Shown: piece by piece, positions 39,201 to 47,018 of the stretch
How the letters are laid out: every line of letters begins with the position of its first letter
Position numbering within the stretch: position 1 is the first letter of the stretch
Position numbers and translations under genes: made by a program
From: Candidatus Ancaeobacter aquaticus
GTDB lineage: Bacteria > Auribacterota > Ancaeobacteria > Ancaeobacterales > Ancaeobacteraceae
Direction: 5' to 3'
NCBI GenBank assembly: GCA_030765405.1
Contig: JAVCCP010000071.1
Coordinates: 8,615-72,614 of the forward strand
DNA: 64,000 nt
The notes under the pieces: generated by a model
What the model was told of the DNA's origin: nothing
Seen by the model: the letters and a program-made list of their open reading frames with translations, nothing else
Databases searched by the model: none

Positions 39201-39565
39201 TCTTCTCTATAGGTAGCACAGTTAGCATTTGTCTCCCAGACAGAAACACTACTCATGCTGCAACTTTTTGGTAATTTCTTTTTCACATTGTTGTAGATCA
39301 GCTGCGCGATATTTTCTGCCGATGGGTTTATTTTTTTGAAAAATGGTGTTCCGTTAAGCACTTTATGGTCAAGATTCTTAATAAACGTATTTGTGATCTT
39401 TTTTAGCTTAACAAAGTCAACAACGAACCCATTTCTATCAAGTTCTGGTGAGCAAACCAGCACTTCTACTCTCCAGTTATGACCATGTAAATTTTCACAT
39501 TTTCCATTATAATTTCTTAACCTATGTGCTGAATTAAACTCTGTTACAATCATTGCTTCAAACAC
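39197..39565 (-). CDS. queD: 6-carboxy-5,6,7,8-tetrahydropterin synthase
   Basis: 122 aa with the PTPS motifs FNSAHRL and CENLHGHNWRVEV. Confidence 0.9.
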   Translation of the reverse strand: MFEAMIVTEFNSAHRLRNYNGKCENLHGHNWRVEVLVCSPELDRNGFVVDFVKLKKITNTFIKNLDHKVLNGTPFFKKINPSAENIAQLIYNNVKKKLPKSCSMSSVSVWETNANCATYREE

Positions 39566-40494
39566 TTTTGCCTCTTTTCATCTTGTATTTCTTGTTTTTT
39601 ATGATAACCAATGTATTCATTCTTATGCGTAATGCCATTACAAAACAAAATGACCCCTTGAGCAATACCGCAGGCAATTTTCTCCCTATGTGTGTCTTGT
39701 GAAAGCTGTGTTTCTTCATGTGTATTGGAAATAAAACCAACTTCGATTAGCACTGCGGGCATCTGTGTCTTTCTTAAAACAAAAAAACGCGCTCTTTTCA
39801 CCCCTCTATCACGTGAAGCAATATGTGTTTTTAAAGATGAATGAATGGAATCTGCCAAACCAATACTATATGAACGCGACTCACTCGAAGCTGAATCTAA
39901 CAGTTTTAAATATAACCTCCCTATTTCATGATTTACCTGTGAAAATAAGTCGTATTTCACATATCCGTTGCCCTCACTAAATAACATCGTAGGATCCAAT
40001 GAATCATACAGCGGATCAGACAGATAAAAAGTCTCATACCCATGAGCGCTTTTATCCGTGTGAGCGTTCGTATGAATACTAATAAAAAGATCTGCGTCAA
40101 TCTTGTTTACAAACTGCGCACGTTCCTCTAACGAAATGGTCTTATCTGAGTCACGTGTCAGGAATACTTTAAAACCGTTTCTTTTTAGATACCTCTCTAA
40201 ATGTAGTGCAATGCTAAGATTTACCTGCTTTTCTTCTATTCCATTTATACCAATTGCTCCGGGATCTCTTCCCCCATGGCCGGGATCTATAACAATAACT
40301 TCAACTTTCTCCGGCACTTTCTTGTCATCTGAGTTTACTAAAGCATAGTCACCTCTCACACTATAGGCGAAAGCCACTGGTGCATATACATGCACCAGTG
40401 AGCATACCATAAATAATAAGCTGAGAACAAACACTGCTTTTTGTAAAAAATGGTAAATATATGTATAAGAATTCTTTATCATAAACATGAGCAC
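39550..40494 (-). CDS. N-acetylmuramoyl-L-alanine amidase (Amidase_3 family)
   Basis: Motifs are VIDPGHGGRDPGAIG, SIHTNA and PAVLIEVGFISN. An N-terminal transmembrane or signal segment is present. Confidence 0.85.
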   Translation of the reverse strand: MLMFMIKNSYTYIYHFLQKAVFVLSLLFMVCSLVHVYAPVAFAYSVRGDYALVNSDDKKVPEKVEVIVIDPGHGGRDPGAIGINGIEEKQVNLSIALHLERYLKRNGFKVFLTRDSDKTISLEERAQFVNKIDADLFISIHTNAHTDKSAHGYETFYLSDPLYDSLDPTMLFSEGNGYVKYDLFSQVNHEIGRLYLKLLDSASSESRSYSIGLADSIHSSLKTHIASRDRGVKRARFFVLRKTQMPAVLIEVGFISNTHEETQLSQDTHREKIACGIAQGVILFCNGITHKNEYIGYHKKQEIQDEKRQKCLKQ

Positions 40495-40655
40495 TGTATA
40501 TAGTATCTATTACTTTAATTACTCGTCAAGCTCAAAAATATCTGTCTATAGACCAGAAATATAGATGCTATCAATCTAATACGCTTAAAAATAACTCTTT
40601 TACTATGTTTTAAAACGTTCTACAATACAGGCATACAAAAAATAAGGAGGAATAT

Positions 40656-40886
40656 ATGGCAAAAGCATATCTCAAGATAATTGTTGAAGGCGGAAAAGAA
40701 TCTAAAATTAAGACTGCTCTTCTTAAAATAAAAGGGGTTAAAAGCGCTGAGCTGACTACTGGCGAACAGGATATTATTTGTCTTATCGAAGGGAAAACGC
40801 ATAAAGATGTCCTGAGACTCATCATTGATAAGATCAGAAAAATAAAAGGCGTCAAGGAAACCGTCACAAACCTTATTCTGGAATGA
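40656..40886 (+). CDS. Small stand-alone Lrp/AsnC ligand-binding (RAM) domain protein
   Basis: 76 aa with a beta-alpha-beta-beta-alpha-beta pattern (AYLKIIVEGG...GVKSAELTTGEQDIICLIEG...IRKIKGVKETVT). Strong RBS AGGAGG 7 nt upstream. Confidence 0.55.
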   Translation: MAKAYLKIIVEGGKESKIKTALLKIKGVKSAELTTGEQDIICLIEGKTHKDVLRLIIDKIRKIKGVKETVTNLILE

Positions 40887-40893
40887 CAAAAAC

Positions 40894-40928
40894 GTTAATC
40901 GTTCAGAGTTCAGCGTTCACCGTTTAGT
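40894..40928 (+). repeat. Heptamer array, GTTCANN family (5 units)
   Basis: gttaatc gttcaga gttcagc gttcacc gtttagt. Confidence 0.8.
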
Positions 40929-40944
40929 TTTTGTTTTTTAACTA

Positions 40945-40972
40945 TACGCTATGCGCTAAACGCTATCCGCTG
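40945..40972 (+). repeat. Heptamer array, NNCGCTA family (4 units)
   Basis: tacgcta tgcgcta aacgcta tccgctg. Confidence 0.8.
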
Positions 40973-40982
40973 AAAGAATACT

Positions 40983-41459
40983 ATGTCCGATGAACTTGAT
41001 CTCGCATTAACGTTACTTAAAGAGAACAAACTCGATGAAGCACGCTCATGGTTTAACCACGTCCTCTTCCATACCAAGTGTGATGTTGAGGAAAAGTTAT
41101 GCACACGCCACCTAAAAGATATTAATGCCCGTATAAGCGAATTGCAGTCCATTTCTACTATCAGTATCGACTCGACCCTAAAAGAAAATTTATTAAGAGA
41201 ATGTACTATTAAATTCGTTTCACGAGAGGCCGCTCACCGAGATCTCGCACAAAAAATCTTTACCGCAATACACAAACATTCCTATGCCAGCGACTCATCG
41301 ATAAAGATCGTTTTACATGATGCCGGATTAACCCTGGTTATACACGGAAAAGAAAAAGACTCGCGATGCACACTATGCGCCAAATTCAGGAACAAACTAA
41401 AAGACAATCTCGGTAAAGATGGTTTTTGGAAAGAGGGGAAATGCCCGTTCCAGCTATAA
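40983..41459 (+). CDS. Hypothetical protein
   Basis: 158-aa ORF with genome-typical composition and no recognisable motif. Its stop codon lies inside a GCTNTAA heptamer array. Confidence 0.4.
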   Translation: MSDELDLALTLLKENKLDEARSWFNHVLFHTKCDVEEKLCTRHLKDINARISELQSISTISIDSTLKENLLRECTIKFVSREAAHRDLAQKIFTAIHKHSYASDSSIKIVLHDAGLTLVIHGKEKDSRCTLCAKFRNKLKDNLGKDGFWKEGKCPFQL

Positions 41460-41480
41460 GCTGTAAGTTGTAAGCTTTAG
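41453..41480 (+). repeat. Heptamer array, GCTNTAA family (4 units)
   Basis: gctataa gctgtaa gttgtaa gctttag. Confidence 0.8.
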
Positions 41481-41530
41481 TGAGACACGAAGGGCACTAG
41501 TGATAACATAGTGGCTTTCGACTGTCGAAC

Positions 41531-41586
41531 TATCCCCCCTTCTTTACGATTTTGGAGGCGAAGTCCGATAAAATCTAGGGGGGATA
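41531..41586. other. 56-nt extended stem-loop closed by C6/G6
   Basis: tatcccccc (41531-41539) pairs with ggggggata (41578-41586). Inner helix is gatttt/aaaatc plus gg/cc around the loop aggcgaagt. Confidence 0.5.
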
Positions 41587-41640
41587 AGTCAAAAAACAAA
41601 TATTACGTTTAGTGAATCGATCTAGCGAAAAACTTTCTAT

Positions 41641-41720
41641 CGATGAATCATCAACGATCCCCTACGAGGACAATACCCAGAAAAATTTACTTATAAATTT
41701 TATGAGTGTAGACGATGAAC
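41641..41720 (+). repeat. 80-nt repeated element, copy B (partner at 29403-29482)
   Basis: See copy A: 68/80 identity without gaps. Confidence 0.85.
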
Positions 41721-41762
41721 TAAACTGCGCTCACCGCTTACCGATCAACTAACACCGCAAAA

Positions 41763-41876
41763 TTAATGTCCGCCTTTGGGTATTTTTCCATGACATGCTT
41801 GTCTATTAGCACGTGCTTTTCTGACAGCTTTTTTACGGCTTGACTTACAAATTCGTTTCGCTCTATTTTTTGGCAT
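41763..41876 (-). CDS. Small very basic peptide (37 aa), unannotated sORF
   Basis: My own translation is MPKNRAKRICKSSRKKAVRKARANRQACHGKIPKGGH. A strong SD (aaGAAGGAGtgtagtATG) precedes it. It is below the 60-aa cut-off of the ORF track. Confidence 0.4.
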   Translation of the reverse strand: MPKNRAKRICKSSRKKAVRKARANRQACHGKIPKGGH

Positions 41877-41893
41877 ACTACACTCCTTCTTTT

Positions 41894-41928
41894 GTCAGAC
41901 TATAGACATCAGACCACCGACTACAGAC
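41894..41928 (+). repeat. Heptamer array, NNNAGAC family (5 units)
   Basis: Units read gtcagac tatagac atcagac caccgac tacagac. On the minus strand they read as GTCTGNN units directly 5' of the sORF's SD. Confidence 0.85.
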
Positions 41929-42061
41929 CTTTTATTTAAATAAATTCACACCTAATAAGGGAAAAGTAAAAACTAATGTGGGGTCTTCAGCCAATTTAAT
42001 AAAATATTATATTAATCCTTAGTTTTGAATTTTTCTTTTTAACTTTAGACTTTAGCAAAAA

Positions 42062-42471
42062 TGGTGGAGGTGGCGGGAGTTGAACCCGCGTCCTTGAGCG
42101 GCTCGAATATAACGTCTACATGCTTATTCTATCTTTAGTTCTCATCTCCCAAAGGATAATAGAAAAACCTTAAAGGAGATCAGCAGCGTAAAGTTCGCTT
42201 CTCACCCCGCCGCATAATGAGAAACTAGCCTATTAATCGGCGTCTATAATAATGAACAGGCACATCACCATAGACGAGCTACTTAATTAAGCAGCGTTAG
42301 CTAACACCCCAAGATTAATTGATGGAGCCTTAATGGCTGGCACAATATTCTCAAAGGGTATAATTTTACCTTTGTCAGCATTTATGTGTTTGCCAGGTTT
42401 TTAGGAGGCCACCTGACACCCTCCGCATGCAATTATACTCTGCAATCACAAGTCGAATCCGAATCACCCCC
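42062..42471 (-). ncRNA. ssrA: tmRNA (transfer-messenger RNA)
   Basis: Minus strand 5' GGGGGUGAUUCGGAUUCGAC... and 3' ...GGGUUCAACUCCCGCCACCUCCACCA. The 7-bp acceptor stem has the G3:U pair, and the T-arm is GGGUUCAACUCCC. An internal open frame ends ...GVLANAA-UAA. The gene is adjacent to smpB. Confidence 0.93.
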
Positions 42472-42512
42472 ATACTAAAACAGGGTTATAATTGTAAAAG
42501 AGCAGGTACTAG

Positions 42513-42980
42513 CTACTTATTGTGTTTTCTTATGGCACGTTGCATTTCTCTTTGAGAATCTCTTTCTTTGATCGTTTCCCGCTTGTCGTACTGTGTTTTA
42601 CCACGTCCGATAGCGAGAGCCACTTTCACTTTACCTTTTTTTAAATATAATTTCAAGGGAATTAACGCAAATCCTTTTGTCGTCGCTTTTCCCGATAACT
42701 TCATTATTTCACTTTTATGGAGCAATAATTTACGCGTTCTCAAGGGATCGTGATTGTTAATATTACCAAAATCGTATGGACTAATGTGGAGGTTAAAAAG
42801 GAACACTTCCCCTTTAATTACCCGCGCAAAACTGTCGTTCATATTACCTTTTTTTTGGCGCAAAGACTTTACTTCTGTCCCCCGCAACTCAATTCCCGTC
42901 TCGAACGTATCTATAATATGATAATCATGAAGAGCTTTTCGGTTGGTAATAATAACGTGTGAGGTATTCTTATTCATCAC
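42513..42980 (-). CDS. smpB: SsrA-binding protein
   Basis: [29 protein letters not shown]...LLLHKSEI is the canonical SmpB pattern. Confidence 0.95.
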   Translation of the reverse strand: MMNKNTSHVIITNRKALHDYHIIDTFETGIELRGTEVKSLRQKKGNMNDSFARVIKGEVFLFNLHISPYDFGNINNHDPLRTRKLLLHKSEIMKLSGKATTKGFALIPLKLYLKKGKVKVALAIGRGKTQYDKRETIKERDSQREMQRAIRKHNK

Positions 42981-43980
42981 TCACTTCGTCTTCGGACGTT
43001 TTCTTCTTCATTTTTTTCTTTGTTGCGGGCTTGGGATTTGTCTCAGACGATTTAAACCGCAGATTCTTGACCTTTTCCGTGTTTTTAAAATGAAGTTTTG
43101 CAGCTCTCTGCATTATATCCATTCCTTTTTCATTGTACATTTTAAGCGCCAGTTCATTTACCTTATCCCCAGCACCTTTTAATAACTGATAATTAAGCTC
43201 GACGGAGATTCTTCTCAAACGCTTCAAAAATTCTCCCCGAGCAACTATTGATGCTGCAGCAACCACTAAATCGCTTTCTGCTCTATGTCTTTGCTCTAAA
43301 TTAATGTCTCTGCCCTTCTTGAGAAGTGCAGATTTCACCATTCTTTCATCAGCGAACTGATCAACAATAACTTTTGAGCATTGTACTTTTGTTACAAGAT
43401 TTTCTATTGCACGAGCATGTGCCCACGCAAGCATGACATTTAAATTTGACATCTTTACATAAAGCTCGTTATACTTTTCAGGACCAATAACAACAACCGA
43501 ATGGGGATATTTTTCAATAATTTTTTTATACAGCACATCAACTGCTTTGTCCGAAAGTTTCTTACTGTCTCTAACACCCATCTCTTCTAATTTTACAATC
43601 TCTGACGCCTCAGAAAACACACTCGCGACAACAAGCGGCCCAAAATAGTCCCCTTTTCCACTTTCATCAACACCAATTCTACTCTCACCATAATCAGCAT
43701 CGATACGTTTTCCTCCGCTCATCGTAATTTTCTTCAAGAGCTGAGGTTCTAGATAAAATTCCACAAATTCTGACGCCATCTTACCTTGTATGACAAGCTT
43801 CCCTTTTAAATACATAGTAACGGAAAGATTTTTCCTTTGCGCGCTGAAATAGGTATAGGGAACCTTTTTAAACATATATCCACTCTCATCAAGATACTGC
43901 CTGAGTACAGGCACTTTATCTTTATCAAGATCACAGACATATAAACCTTTACCTATTAAATCAACCATATGGTACCTCAT
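42970..43980 (-). CDS. rnhC: Ribonuclease HIII-like (RNase HII/HIII family with an N-terminal extra domain), with a Lys-rich C-terminal tail
   Basis: An N-terminal ~85-aa domain precedes the catalytic core [18 protein letters not shown]. Confidence 0.75.
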   Translation of the reverse strand: MRYHMVDLIGKGLYVCDLDKDKVPVLRQYLDESGYMFKKVPYTYFSAQRKNLSVTMYLKGKLVIQGKMASEFVEFYLEPQLLKKITMSGGKRIDADYGESRIGVDESGKGDYFGPLVVASVFSEASEIVKLEEMGVRDSKKLSDKAVDVLYKKIIEKYPHSVVVIGPEKYNELYVKMSNLNVMLAWAHARAIENLVTKVQCSKVIVDQFADERMVKSALLKKGRDINLEQRHRAESDLVVAAASIVARGEFLKRLRRISVELNYQLLKGAGDKVNELALKMYNEKGMDIMQRAAKLHFKNTEKVKNLRFKSSETNPKPATKKKMKKKTSEDEVSDE

Positions 43981-44208
43981 ATTAAATATTTATAGAGTGA
44001 GTATAACAAATATACCCCAAAATTGCAATATAAATATTGCTAATTTTATTGCTTAAACCCATATCAGTAATGCGCAACATTATTTAGGCATAATTACATT
44101 ACAACCATACATTTTTATATAAAATGTACTTTAACACTTTAAAACTTATTGCTATAATTACATATAGAGCTATCTAACTTTAAAAAACTCAAACAACAAG
44201 GGGGTGCT

Positions 44209-45510
44209 ATGGAAAAAATCTTTATATTAGACACAAATGTTATTCTTCATAGTGCAGCTTCATTAAAATCATTCGGAGACAACATGGTTGTTATCCCTCT
44301 TGAGGTCATTGAAGAGCTAGATAAATTTAAAAAAGAGAGCTCTGAACGCGGGAGAAACGCAAGAGCTGCCATACGACAATTAGATATTCTCAGAAAAAGA
44401 GGTCGCCTCAGTGATGGCGTAAAAATGAAAAATGGCGGGATCTTCAAAATCTCACTGACTCAACCAGATGAAAAAATTGATTTTGATAAAAATATCACAG
44501 ACAATAAAATACTTATGCTCGCTTACAACCTCCACAGGACAAATAAAGATAAAAAAGTGATTTTTGTTTCAAAAGATATCAACGCGCGCATTAAGTCTGA
44601 TGCCCTCGGTATTTATACTGTCGACTTTGAAAAACAAAAAGTTGATTTTGAAAAATTATATACCGGATGGCAGCAAATGGATCTCAATAAAAAGAATTAT
44701 GACACACTCCTTGCTACGGGTGAAATGCCAGTTGAGGGAAGAAAATTATGTCCAAACGAATATGTTATTGCATACAACGCAAGCAGCAAAGAAGATCATG
44801 TTATCTGCAAACACGATCATAGAAATAATAAGCTTGTGGTCCTCCCCAATGACAACTTAAAGCTTTGGAATATCCGTCCGCGCAGTTTTGAGCAGCGTAT
44901 AGCCTTTGACCTTCTTCTTGACCCTGAAATTAAATTGGTAACTCTCGTAGGACAGGCAGGTACCGGTAAAACTCTTCTTGCGCTTACCGTAGGGCTCCAA
45001 CAAGTTATCAATGAAAGTAAGTTCCAGAAAATGCTCATTTCCCGACCTATCATGCCGCTGGGAAAAGACATTGGATACCTTCCCGGATCAAAGGAAGAAA
45101 AGATCGGACATTGGATGGATCCAATCCATGACAATCTTGAATATATACTCAGTCATAAAACACCTGATATAAAGGTTAAAATATACCAGTTATTTAAAGA
45201 CAATAAGATTGAAACAGAGGCATTAACATATATTCGAGGCAGAAGTATTCCAAATCAATTTGTTATAATTGATGAAGCTCAAAATCTGACCCCACACGAG
45301 ATTAAAACAATTATTAGTAGGGCTGGATATGGGACAAAAATGATATTAACCGGTGATCCATACCAAATTGATAATCCATATCTTGATGCGAGCTCTAACG
45401 GTTTGTCTTATGCAACCGAACGATTAAAAGATGAATCATTAGTTGGAACGGTAACATTAACAAAAAGTGAGCGTAGTCCTTTAGCATCTATTGCAGCAGA
45501 ACTATTATAA
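44209..45510 (+). CDS. PhoH2: PIN-domain RNase fused to a PhoH-like ATPase
   Basis: The N-terminus IFILDTNVILH is a PIN motif. Walker A is LVGQAGTGKT and Walker B is FVIIDEAQNLT. Confidence 0.88.
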   Translation: MEKIFILDTNVILHSAASLKSFGDNMVVIPLEVIEELDKFKKESSERGRNARAAIRQLDILRKRGRLSDGVKMKNGGIFKISLTQPDEKIDFDKNITDNKILMLAYNLHRTNKDKKVIFVSKDINARIKSDALGIYTVDFEKQKVDFEKLYTGWQQMDLNKKNYDTLLATGEMPVEGRKLCPNEYVIAYNASSKEDHVICKHDHRNNKLVVLPNDNLKLWNIRPRSFEQRIAFDLLLDPEIKLVTLVGQAGTGKTLLALTVGLQQVINESKFQKMLISRPIMPLGKDIGYLPGSKEEKIGHWMDPIHDNLEYILSHKTPDIKVKIYQLFKDNKIETEALTYIRGRSIPNQFVIIDEAQNLTPHEIKTIISRAGYGTKMILTGDPYQIDNPYLDASSNGLSYATERLKDESLVGTVTLTKSERSPLASIAAELL

Positions 45511-45576
45511 GGCTTCAGACAAGAGGCTGAAACAACGTTGAGTGCATAGTGTATGGTATTTTTGCTTTTTTTACTA

Positions 45577-45619
45577 TACGCTAAACGCTCTGTTTACCAT
45601 TACCTGTTATGGTAAACAG
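45577..45619 (+). repeat. Two NNCGCTA heptamer units followed by a perfect 11-bp stem-loop
   Basis: tacgcta aacgctc, then ctgtttaccat (45590-45600) pairs with atggtaaacag (45609-45619) around an 8-nt loop. It lies between phoH2 and tRNA-Leu. Confidence 0.6.
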
Positions 45620-45631
45620 ATAATTCACTTT

Positions 45632-45715
45632 GCCGAGATGGTGAAATTGGTAGACGCACTAGATTCAGAGTCTAGCGCCCGCAAGGGCTTGGGGGTTCAA
45701 ATCCCCCTCTCGGCA
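45632..45715 (+). tRNA. tRNA-Leu (anticodon CAG), class II with a long variable arm
   Basis: Acceptor GCCGAGA/TCTCGGC plus discriminator A. Anticodon stem ctaga/tctag with loop TTCAGAG. Variable arm cgcccgcaagggc. T-arm GGGGG-TTCAAAT-CCCCC. No encoded CCA. Confidence 0.93.
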
Positions 45716-45720
45716 TTTTC

Positions 45721-45748
45721 GTTAATAGTTCATAGTTCAACGATAAAC
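45721..45748 (+). repeat. Heptamer array, GTTCANN family switching to GATAAAC (4 units)
   Basis: Units read gttaata gttcata gttcaac gataaac. The array lies between tRNA-Leu and the stop of the NRAMP-family gene. Confidence 0.75.
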
Positions 45749-45752
45749 GCAT

Positions 45753-47018
45753 CTACAGAAAAAGAAATACGATCATCACGATACTGAGTACGCTAATTAT
45801 CGCAGCAGCAATCCAGGAAAAGTAGTTATAAAATTTTGAATTTACATAACTACCCATAAGCTTCACATTATTTACCAGCAGTATCATCGCGACTAATATA
45901 AACGGCAACATGACACCATTAATGACCTGAGAAATAAGCATGATGGGTATAAGCGGTGCATTGGGGAACAATATTATCCCGCCCCCAATAATAATGAGTA
46001 TTGAATAAAGAATATAGAATTGCGGGGCTTCAGAGAAGGTCTTGTTCACTCCTGACTCATAGCCAAATGCCTCGCATACAAAAAACGATGTTGCAAGTGG
46101 TAATATCGATGCCGCAAATAGTGACGCAACTAAAAGGCCGATAGCAAACAGTACCATGCAATGTTCCCCCGCAAGTGGTTTTAGCGCCATAGCTGCATCT
46201 TTTGCGGTATGGATGGTAATTCCTGATTTAAAAAGTGTCGCGCCACATACCACTATTATAAAAAAAGCAATTACCGTTACCACCACTCCGCCAATGATCG
46301 TGTCCCAGCGAGAATATTTATAATCTTCAATCTTTATCCCTTTTTCAACAACACTCGCCTGTTGATAAAACTGCATCCAAGGAGCAATAGTCGTTCCGAT
46401 AAGTCCGACTAACATAATAAGGTACGGGCCCTTTAATTGGAATTGCGGGATCAATGTACACTTAGCAACTTCACCCCAATCAGGTTTAGCAAGAAAACCA
46501 CTTACTACGTACGCCAAATAAAATAAGCACGCAACAAGAAATGCTTTTTCTACACTTCTATATGTTCCCTTTGTGACTAGCCACCACACAAACCCCGCAC
46601 TAATAGGAACTGAAATATATTTACTGATACCGAAAAGCTCCATACTTGCTGCAATACCCGCAAATTCTGCAATGATATTTCCTAGATTTGTAAAAAGGAG
46701 CCCTAACATAAGATAAAACGTAATTTTTAAACCAAAACGTTCGCGTATAAGGGATGACAATCCTTTTCCGGTAACGACCCCCATTCGGTTACACATTTCC
46801 TGGACCATTATAAGGAGTATCCCTATCGGGATAAGTGACCACAAAAGAGTATATCCAAAATTCGCGCCACACAAAGAATATGTGGTAATCCCACCTGCAT
46901 CATTATCGACATTTGCCGTAATTATACCGGGACCCATAACTGCAAAAAATATCGCAGCTCTTTTCCACCACTGAAAACGCCTTACACTCACGCTCATAAC
47001 ACATTTACTCCCTAGCAA
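45753..47018 (-). CDS. NRAMP/SLC11-family divalent cation transporter with a non-canonical metal site (NRMT-like)
   Basis: 421 aa, 11-12 TM. TM1 reads GPGIITANVDNDAGGI where classical NRAMPs have DPGN. TM6 reads GTTIAPWMQFYQQ where classical NRAMPs have AxxMPHN. Confidence 0.8.
   Translation of the reverse strand: MLGSKCVMSVSVRRFQWWKRAAIFFAVMGPGIITANVDNDAGGITTYSLCGANFGYTLLWSLIPIGILLIMVQEMCNRMGVVTGKGLSSLIRERFGLKITFYLMLGLLFTNLGNIIAEFAGIAASMELFGISKYISVPISAGFVWWLVTKGTYRSVEKAFLVACLFYLAYVVSGFLAKPDWGEVAKCTLIPQFQLKGPYLIMLVGLIGTTIAPWMQFYQQASVVEKGIKIEDYKYSRWDTIIGGVVVTVIAFFIIVVCGATLFKSGITIHTAKDAAMALKPLAGEHCMVLFAIGLLVASLFAASILPLATSFFVCEAFGYESGVNKTFSEAPQFYILYSILIIIGGGIILFPNAPLIPIMLISQVINGVMLPFILVAMILLVNNVKLMGSYVNSKFYNYFSWIAAAIISVLSIVMIVFLFL

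Noticed and set aside
40495-40655. Looked for a preQ1 riboswitch upstream of the amidase-queDCE string
   Set aside because: No preQ1-type hairpin or A-rich tail consensus was found. There is only a plausible TTGACG / TACTAT promoter very close to the annotated start.
45542-45787. 81-aa ORF on the plus strand
   Set aside because: It runs straight through the tRNA-Leu gene and the heptamer arrays, so the tRNA explains the region.
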